15,434 bases of DNA, taken from contig NW_021825493.1 of NCBI RefSeq assembly GCF_006345805.1, forward strand, positions 1 to 15,434, in the 5' to 3' direction. The notes below the pieces were generated by a model, which was not told where the DNA came from, did not search any database, and worked only from the letters and a program-made list of their open reading frames with translations. The position numbers were made by a program, and so were the translations under genes. Shown piece after piece: positions 1-7,711 of this stretch (its first letter is position 1; each line of letters begins with the position of its first letter). The stretch comes from Octopus sinensis (lineage: Eukaryota).

Positions 1-237
1 TCGACACTGAAGGGTTCTTTTCTAACCCATTCCAAGGTACTTCACGGAAACTTTAGGAACATCAACAGGGCACGTGTGCATAACTGTATGTGTGCAAGTC
101 GGAGCATGCGCAGATCTGAATGTTTATTTTTGTTGCATGTATGTATACCTATATAGAGTCGTACGTCATATATGTATAGCTAAACGTGCGTATACATGTG
201 TTTCATTTTTACTTGTACACAGTATAGCTGTGTGCTT

Positions 238-689
238 GCATGTATGCATGTATATATGTATGTAAGTATGTATGTATGTATGTATGCATGCATGCATGTA
301 TGTATGTATGTATGTATGTATGTATGCATGTATGTATGTATATATGTATGTATGTATGTATGTATGCATATATGTATGTATATATGCATGTATGTATGAA
401 TGTATGTATGTATGCATGTATGTATGTATGTATGTATGTATGCATGCATGCTATGTATGTATGTATGTATGTATGCATGCATGCATGTATGTATGTATGT
501 ATGTATGTATGTATGTATGTATGTATGTATGTATGTATATATGTATGTATGTATGTATGCATATATGTATGTATATATGCATGTATGTATGAATGTATGT
601 ATGCATGTATGTATGTATGAATGTATGTATGTATGCATGTATATATGTATGTATGTATGTACGTATGTATGTATGTGTATATGTATGTA
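238..689. repeat. (TATG)n microsatellite with CATG/TATA/AATG variants
   Basis: Directly visible tetranucleotide array; source of the MYVC/HTYI pseudo-ORFs. Confidence 0.97.
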
Positions 690-690
690 A

Positions 691-818
691 GTCTCTCTTT
701 CTATTTGACTGCCTGTATCCCTCTGTCTCTCTCTCATTCTCTCTTTCTATCTTTCTTTCTGTATACCTCACTCTTTCTTCCTCTCTCTACTTATCTTCTT
801 TCTTTCTTTCTTCTGTCT

Positions 819-867
<49 letters not shown>

Positions 868-900
868 TATCTTCTTTCTTTCTTTCTTTCTTTCTTTCTT
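691..900. repeat. (CT)n/(CTTT)n polypyrimidine tract
   Basis: Near-pure pyrimidine strand; (CTTT)n dominates from about 796 to 900. Confidence 0.95.
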
Positions 901-918
901 CTATCTATCTATCTAATC

Positions 919-970
<52 letters not shown>

Positions 971-971
971 G

Positions 972-1004
<33 letters not shown>

Positions 1005-1013
1005 CTATCTATC

Positions 1014-1046
<33 letters not shown>

Positions 1047-1055
1047 GTATGTATC

Positions 1056-1092
<37 letters not shown>

Positions 1093-1093
1093 G

Positions 1094-1152
<59 letters not shown>

Positions 1153-1164
1153 TTATCTATCTAT
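901..1164. repeat. (CTAT)n microsatellite
   Basis: Directly visible array of about 65 units with few variants. Confidence 0.97.
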
Positions 1165-1535
1165 ACTCACACGCACATGCACATTGAATTCTCATAACTG
1201 ATGCACACACACACGCACATGCACACACACACACACACACGTACACACACAGACATTCACAAACACAAACACACACACATCCGCCCGCACGCACACACAG
1301 CTTTAATGGCTTAGGCATCTAACTGTCTGTGTCTGCATATGCCCATGTGCACCCTCTGACACACTCAGTAATACAAAATACTATAGCAAACCAGACACAC
1401 TCGCGCACATACACAGACACAGTACAACTGTATTTTTCTTCTTTTCACACGCACACACAGACACACGCACGCACATAATCACAACCGTCCACACGACCAC
1501 ACACTCATATACACTGACACAGACACAGACACATT
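1165..1535. repeat. Degenerate (CA)n-rich tract
   Basis: CA/CG dinucleotide runs interrupted by short unique stretches. Confidence 0.8.
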
Positions 1536-1654
1536 GAGAAAATCAAATTCAATTTATTTCTTAGTGAAAGCATGATAGGTTAAACTGCACAAGGTCATTT
1601 CGGATGCTTGGAAGTGCGTTACTCTATGATGTGTAACGCACAATGTAAACTCTT

Positions 1655-1714
1655 GTGTGTGAGTGTATGTGTATGTATGTATGTATGTGTGTGTGTGTGT
1701 GTGTTTGCGTGTGC

Positions 1715-1749
<35 letters not shown>

Positions 1750-2043
1750 GGTGTATGTGTGGGTGTGTATGTGTGTGTGTGTGCTTACACACATATATAT
1801 ATATACATGTATATATGTGTATATATATTATATATATATATGTATATATATGTGCATATACATATATGCGCATGTGCATATATATGTGCGTATATATATA
1901 TATGTGTGTATATATATATAAATATATATATATTATATATTTATATATATGCATATTTGTATATGTATGTGTGTGTTGTGTGTGTGCGTGTATATATACA
2001 CACACACGCATAAATATGCGTATGTGCACACACACACACATAC

Positions 2044-2139
<96 letters not shown>
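1655..2139. repeat. Compound (TG)n/(TA)n microsatellite ending in (GATA)n (2081-2139)
   Basis: Directly visible. Confidence 0.95.
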
Positions 2140-2201
2140 TAAATTTACTTTAAATTTACTTGGAAAAGGATGTGTGGCGTTCGATCATATAATAATATAA
2201 A

Positions 2202-2218
2202 TATACATACACACACAC

Positions 2219-2253
<35 letters not shown>

Positions 2254-2320
2254 CACATATATATATTATATTATATATATAAATGCGTCTGTGTATATAT
2301 GTATGTGCGTGTATGTATGT
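2202..2320. repeat. (CA)n/(TA)n microsatellite
   Basis: Directly visible. Confidence 0.9.
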
Positions 2321-2402
2321 GAAGTTACAATAAAAACAATCCTGCTTAAATATTTAGTATTACTCAATACGTTTGTTAGAGTTCACAATTATTACATATT
2401 TA

Positions 2403-2458
2403 AATTAGACTGATGAAGGCTATTATGCCGAAACTTCAAAGTAGTGGGGTTTCTACTT
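2403..2458 (+). ncRNA. Type I hammerhead ribozyme motif (Penelope-like-element type)
   Basis: Stem I aattaga(2403-2409)/tctactt(2452-2458), 6 of 7 pairs; CTGATGA 2410-2416; extra A 2417; stem II GGC/GCC with loop TATTAT; GAAA 2430-2433; stem III ACTTCA/TGGGGT (two G-U); GUU triplet 2449-2451. Confidence 0.7.
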
Positions 2459-2912
2459 GATGCCGCAAGGTTTTGAGGAGTGTGGAACTAGCCCTTACCT
2501 CTCATTGCCCTCAACTCTACTCTGACGCCGAGAAGTAGCATCTGGCGGGATCCCAACTATGGGATTAACAAGCATATGTAATGACGATCGATCCACAGCA
2601 TGGGGCCGTAGAAATACACTTGGCTGGGGTCAGGGCTCGCAGTAGAACCACCAGGAGTGAAATATCCGAAGTAGTTGTCACTGCATCTTCTAGGAGAAAG
2701 GCATTTTGATATAAAACCACCAGTTTATGTGATTACTGGGCATCGAACTTCTGTTTGTCTCTAGGTACTAATTACAGAGACTCAGAGAATGGTATTCGTG
2801 TTGTACAAGCGTTTATAACTATAATCCAATGCTGTACAGATGTTTCTGTAGGGTTACCTCAATTGTTATTCCATCTGCTGAGACCTGGGGTGACGTAAGG
2901 GGGTAGTTTCGT

Positions 2913-3096
2913 ATTTCTTTACTGTCCACAAGGGGCTACACACAAAGGGGACAAACAAGGACAGACAAACGGATTAAATCGATTATATCGACCCTAGTGC
3001 GTAACTGGTACTTATTTAATCGACCCCGAAAGGATGAAAGGCAAAGTCGACCTCGGCGGAATTTGAACTCAGAACGTAACGGTAGACGAAATACCG
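2913..3096 (-). mobile_element. tRNA-derived SINE, 5'-truncated copy (downstream half of a dimer)
   Basis: Near-identical to 3097-3282; retains B box GAGTTCAAATTCC and the central GTCGACTTTGCCTTTCATCCTTTCGGGGTCGAT domain but lacks the A-box end. Recalled as an abundant octopus SINE; family name not assignable by eye. Confidence 0.9.
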
Positions 3097-3327
3097 ATTT
3101 CTTTACTTCCCACAAGGGGCTAAACACAGAGGGGACAAAAAAGGACAAACAAAGGGATTAAGTCGATTACATCGACCCCAGTGCGTAACTGGTACTTATT
3201 TAATCGACCCCCGAAAGGATGAACGGAAAAGTTGACCTCGGCGGAATTTGAACTCAGAACGTAATGGCAGACGAAATACGGCTACACATTTCGCCCGGCG
3301 TGCTAACGTTTCTGCCCGCTCGCCGCC
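3097..3327 (-). mobile_element. tRNA-derived SINE, full-length copy
   Basis: Minus strand starts GGCGGCGAGCGGGCAGAAACGTTAGC (A-box region), has B box GAGTTCAAATTCC, the conserved body, and ends ...AGTAAAGAAAT. Confidence 0.92.
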
Positions 3328-3519
3328 TGGGATAGTTTCTGCGGACCTAATCAGCTGGAAGCGCACAGCTTTCTTCTGTCACCTATAACTTCAAACCATG
3401 CAGATTTAGAACAAGATTGAATGGTCATCAGAGAGGTTGTGGGCAGAGAACCGGAAATGCCATTGACAACGGGGAAGCACAAGGAGCCGTCAATCATTTC
3501 TGAAGATGGGGCAATCACC

Positions 3520-4282
3520 ATGTATGCATGCATGTATGTATGTATGTATGTATGTATGTATGTATGTATGTATGTATGTATGTATGTATGTATGCATGCA
3601 TGCATGTATGTATGTATATATGCATGCGTGTATATATATATGTATGTATGTATTTATGTATGTATGTATATATGCATGCGTGTATATATGTATGTACGTA
3701 TGTACGTATCCCTGTATGTATGCATGTATGCATATAGACAATGAATTGAGCAGATAAAACTGTGTGTATGTATGTGTGTGTATGTATGTATGTGTGTGTA
3801 TGTATGTATGTATGTATGTATGTATGATGTATGTATGTATGTGTGTATGTATGTATGCATGTGTGTGTATGTATGAGTGTGTGTATATGTATGTATGCAT
3901 GTCTGCATGTATGCATGTATGTATGCATGAAGACAATGATTGAATTAAGCAGATAAAACTGTGTGTATTTATGTGTGTATGTATGTATGTATGTATGTAT
4001 GTATGTATGTATGATGTGCGTGTTGTGAATGTTTGTAAGTATGTATGCATGTGTGTGTGCATGTATGTGTGTGTATGTATGCATGTGTGAGTGTGTATGT
4101 ATGTATGTATGTACGTGTTGTGTGTGTAAGTATTATGTATGCATGCGTGTGTGTGTGCATGTATGTGTGTGTATGTATGTATGTATGTAAGTATGTATGT
4201 GTGAGTGTGCATGTATGTAATGTATGTTTGTGCATGTGTGTATGCATGTGTGTATGTGTGTATGTATGTATATATGTACGTA
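3520..4282. repeat. Compound (TATG)n/(TG)n microsatellite with two unique spacers
   Basis: Directly visible; spacers at 3737-3762 and 3932-3961 are copies of each other. Confidence 0.95.
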
Positions 4283-4883
4283 TACAAATTTCTGCGCTTA
4301 CTTGTTCGGTAAATTAGATGATAAAGTCGAATTATGTAGGCAACCAAGTTGCTGGAGTGTGCGACGAAACTTTTGACACTTCGTAATTGACTGTACTTTC
4401 GAAAGTTGTAGTTTACTGTGCGCTTCTAGCTGATTAAGTCTGCACAAGCTGTCCCCTTTCGTCACCTTAGGGCTCAGCAGATGGAATAACAATTGAAACG
4501 AAAGTGAAAGTAAGCTTCTCTAGTATATACAAATAGATATACAAATGGAGTATCTATTTGTACGTCTTCTTTCACCCTTTCTCCGCTCTTTTTTTTTGTT
4601 GCTAGTTCGTTTTCATAGACCCCACACAAAATCTTTGAAATAAACGGTCAGCCATTTTATCAAATATCTCTTTAACTTCCAGAACCCTCCAGTGAAGTGA
4701 AAAAACGAAGTCACGTTGAAATCTCATCTCACCAGCGTGATGCCGTTAATAACAACAGTTGGTCTTCTTCATTCATCTCTCCTCTAGATCTCTATCGCCC
4801 GGCAGCGGTGTGAACTTGAATCCTTTTTTCTTTTTTTAAGTATTAGAGAATTTTATAGACACACCATGTTAATAATGTAATTT

Positions 4884-5252
4884 TGAATAAAATAGTAGCA
4901 GGATATTTTATGCAATAGCTTTTTTTTTTAACTAACAAATTTTTTTTTATTGTACACATATTATCCATCCACCAATCGATATTTCGTTGAATACGCTATT
5001 TTCAGAGTTAATGAAAATTATAGTACTTTAGAGACCCACTAGAAATATCGCCTTAACGTTCAGTGGACAATATGGAATCTGAGCGTTAAGGCGAAATTTT
5101 GAAAGAGTCTCCAAAGTGCTAAATGTAATTCATGTGAAACATGATAATGACGTAATCGCCGAAATAACGTTTGGTTGACGGAAAATTTGCTAACAATAAA
5201 ATAATTGTTCATTGAGAAAAATTCATCGGATGAATTTCTGCTATATTATTCA
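4884..5252. repeat. Long imperfect palindrome (foldback/MITE-like element)
   Basis: Arms of about 180 bp around a 15-nt loop (5064-5078). Inner arms ATATCGCCTTAACGTTCAG / CTGAGCGTTAAGGCGAAAT pair at 17 of 19; pairing is traceable out to TGAATAA(4884)/TTATTCA(5252). Confidence 0.8.
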
Positions 5253-5253
5253 G

Positions 5254-5423
5254 TATATAGATGTATACATGTATGTATGTACGTATATCTTTCTGCATGT
5301 GTGTATGTATGTATGTATGTATGTACGTGTGTGTGTGTGTGTGGATGTACGCACGTATATATGTATATATATATGTATGTATATGTGTATGCTGTATGTA
5401 TGTATATATATATATATAATATA
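5254..5423. repeat. (TATG)n/(TG)n/(TA)n microsatellite
   Basis: Directly visible; target of the adjacent Helitron. Confidence 0.9.
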
Positions 5424-5818
5424 CTAGCAGTATCGCCCGGCGTTGCTCGGGTTTGTAAGGGAAATAACTATAAAGCATTTTTAGAGAGTTATAGCCAAAA
5501 AATAGCAACAAAATGCATTAAAAATGGAAAAAATATGATGGTAAGCTTTTTTTAAAATCGTTGACTCATCGTAGACATTTTTAGAGAGTTACTTCCCTTA
5601 TATTTAGAAAAATATGCATTAAAATGGAAAAAAATGATGGTAAATTATTTTTAAAATCGTAGCCTCATCGTAGACGCGCGCTAATACCCAGAAGGGCTCG
5701 ATAGGAATCACGACTATAAGATACCCGGTTTTGGTTAAACTGCACCGCAAAATGTGGGAGTAGTTAGGAATCTAAATCGGAGTAGACAGACACACAACCT
5801 TACTTTTATATATAAAGA
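5424..5818 (-). mobile_element. Non-autonomous Helitron (395 bp)
   Basis: Minus strand has 5'-TC at 5818 and 3'-CTAG at 5424, sits between A and T with no TSD, and has a GC-rich hairpin CCCGAGCAACGCCGGG (5436-5451) 8 nt before CTAG. Internal ~100-bp two-copy tandem (about 5477-5676). Confidence 0.85.
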
Positions 5819-5845
5819 TATATAAATGTGTGTGTGTGTGTGTGT

Positions 5846-6025
5846 ATGTAGTTCAAATTTACAGAAAACAAAAACGAATACAGGTGAGGGAACAACAAGC
5901 AGGTGTATTAGTTTAATGCTCGGGAATAATGGAAAAGTTCTTTGACGTTTCATGCCTAGGCTCTTCGACAGAAATGGTTGAGGGGAAAAATAAATGGAGA
6001 AAGAACGAAAAGAAAAACCCGAGAG
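5846..6025 (-). mobile_element. Short hammerhead-bearing interspersed repeat (probable Penelope-like-element derivative), copy 1
   Basis: Homologous to 15095-15250 (ACTTTT..CCGAGC.TTA..TACA.CTG.TTGTTGTT..CACCTGT.TTCGT); contains the hammerhead motif below and ends in a microsatellite. PLE origin is an inference. Confidence 0.7.
5941..5974 (-). ncRNA. Minimal type I hammerhead motif with variant core CUGUCGA
   Basis: Minus strand: TTT CTGTCGA A GAGC CTAG GCAT GAAA CG TC AAA; palindromic ACGT in place of stem III, GUC triplet, 3-bp stem I, damaged stem II. Confidence 0.6.
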
Positions 6026-6084
6026 AAAAGAATGTGTAGGATTTAACGGTTCAACATGATGAAATGTATGTGTTTATATATATA

Positions 6085-7363
6085 CTAGCAGTATAACCCG
6101 GCCTTGCCGGGATTAACTTACGATTATTAAGCTAATCAAGTTCTTTATTTCAAACCAAACTAAGTAATATCGACGTCAAATTTGGGCAAAATCCGTTTAA
6201 ATTGGTTATATTATATATATATATAATATAATATAATATAATATAATATAATATAATATAATATAATATAAATATATATGGGCAACAGACACGAACACAC
6301 ATGTACGTACGTACACCTATTGCATGTTTTGTGCATGTTCATAAACAGAAATGAATGGAAAAATGTTGTTAAATTTGTAGATTAACACTCGCACGATTTT
6401 CACTAAGAAAAATAATCGTTTTTTTTTGCGTGGAATCAATTACTCTGGCCTCCTAATATACTACAAAACCCTTTTTGTGGTCCGTGAAACGGAGTGGGTG
6501 TGGTGGAAGCCTCGGAAATTGTACCCATTTATATTGTGCAATTCACTGACAAATTGCTACTCACCTCTTTGTTTCTTTGTTGTTAAATAAATGGATAGTC
6601 AACAAAACACTCTTTTACTCGGCGTAAAGTAAAAACAAAACTCTTCGCGCCCAAAGTAATGTGTGAGAGAGAGAGGTGGGGGTGGGGAGAAAGATGAACG
6701 ACTTAAAATAAATAAATGATTCAAAATAAATATATTGTAATTGTTGTGTGAGAAAGTATAAATACTATGATTATAAAATATAGTGTCTTTCAAAAACATC
6801 CTCAATTTGAACACTATATCTCGTGTTTAAGAGAAGAAAAAACATTTTAAATTTTATATTTTATGAACGTCGTCACTTTCTCTCTCTCCCTCTCTCACTT
6901 TGTCTTTCCCGTGAAACTCTCTGCTTCTCTTCCACTTTCTTTATCTTGTTTTTATTTTTGTTAGACGCCGTCAGAAAGCTATGGCTGAAAATAGATTTTT
7001 AGGAACGTCGTCACTTACTCTCTCTTCCTCTGTCACTTTGTCTTTCCCGTGAAACTATCTGCCTCTCTTCTTCCACTTTTCTTTATCTGTTTTTTTTTGT
7101 TAGACGCCGTCAAAAAGCTATGGCTGAAAATAGATTTTTACCGCAAAAAGTTATGGATGAAAATAGATTTTTACCGCTATCCGCGGGTGCCTCGGGAAAA
7201 AAATAAGTTGACAAAACCCAGATAGGATGTTGACGAATGTCCTCCTAAATTTGAACGACATGCGTGCTAATTTGTGGATGAGCATAAACTACAATCACGT
7301 ACACACACACACACACATCTTGCCGTATCTGTATATATATCTGTATATATTTATATATACAGA
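6085..7363 (-). mobile_element. Non-autonomous Helitron-like element (possibly two fused elements)
   Basis: 3'-CTAG at 6085-6088 followed by T; perfect hairpin CCCGGC-CTT-GCCGGG (6097-6111) 8 nt from it; candidate 5' A|TC at 7363 with the same TC-(TA)n-(GT)n architecture as 5424-5818. Internal (TATAA)n at about 6221-6270 and a 138-bp tandem pair (6865-7002, 7003-7140). Continuity across 6320-6860 is not proven. Confidence 0.7.
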
Positions 7364-7383
7364 TATATATAAATATATATGTA

Positions 7384-7512
7384 TTCCCAACCACATGGTT
7401 CTGGGTTCAGTACTATTGCGTGACACCTTGCGCAAGTGTCTTCTGCTATAGACTCGGGCCAACCAAAGACTTGTGAGTATATCTGGTTGACGTAAATCAT
7501 AAGAAGCCCGTC
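7384..7512 (+). mobile_element. 5'-truncated tRNA-derived CORE-type SINE
   Basis: B-box-like GGGTTCAGTAC, CORE-like ACCTTGCGCAAGTGTCTTCT, 3' end AAGAAGCCCGTC followed by a (TA)n tail; matches my recollection of a second abundant octopus SINE. Confidence 0.8.
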
Positions 7513-7711
7513 TTATATATGTATATATATAATTATAGTATATTCTGTTAAGAACATAGTAGAATACAGTATAAAGCTCGCTCGTCCACTGAAACATTTA
7601 AACTGGGCTTTCCAGTAGGAGTATTATATGTATTTCCAAGTTTGCGTTTGGGCATCTGCCGTGTGTGAATAGATAACTGAAAAAATTGGAGTCAACAACA
7701 AAGGTACGGTT

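Noticed and set aside
2355-2363. Canonical circovirus/nanovirus nonamer TAGTATTAC (also at 15414-15422)
   Set aside because: No flanking stem and no rep nearby; expected by chance in AT-rich DNA. It serves as a caution for the 12314-12322 nonamer.
2430-2443. Alternative hammerhead fold with stem III ACT/AGT and GUA cleavage at 2443
   Set aside because: The following bases (GTGGGG) cannot pair with the 5' strand of stem I; the GUU register gives all three stems.
3097-3327. tRNA gene
   Set aside because: A/B boxes are present but there is no complete cloverleaf, and it continues into a SINE body with a TSD.
74-4347. Many 60-285 aa ORFs rich in MYVC/HTYI/FLSF/IYLS
   Set aside because: They are translations of stop-free microsatellites open on both strands, with no domain content.
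4520-4562. 12-bp hairpin TACAAATAGATA/TATCTATTTGTA next to CTAG as a third Helitron end
   Set aside because: The hairpin is AT-rich, only 4 nt from CTAG, the flanking base is not T, and no matching 5' TC end was identified.
4619-4810. Possible exon after a pyrimidine tract and AG
   Set aside because: All three frames hit stops within 60 nt and no recognisable peptide results.
7548-7655. Minus-strand 35-aa ORF starting MPKRK, superficially like a basic capsid N-terminus
   Set aside because: Too short, not Arg-rich beyond five residues, and no further similarity; separated from the Rep fragment by 4.5 kb of repeats.
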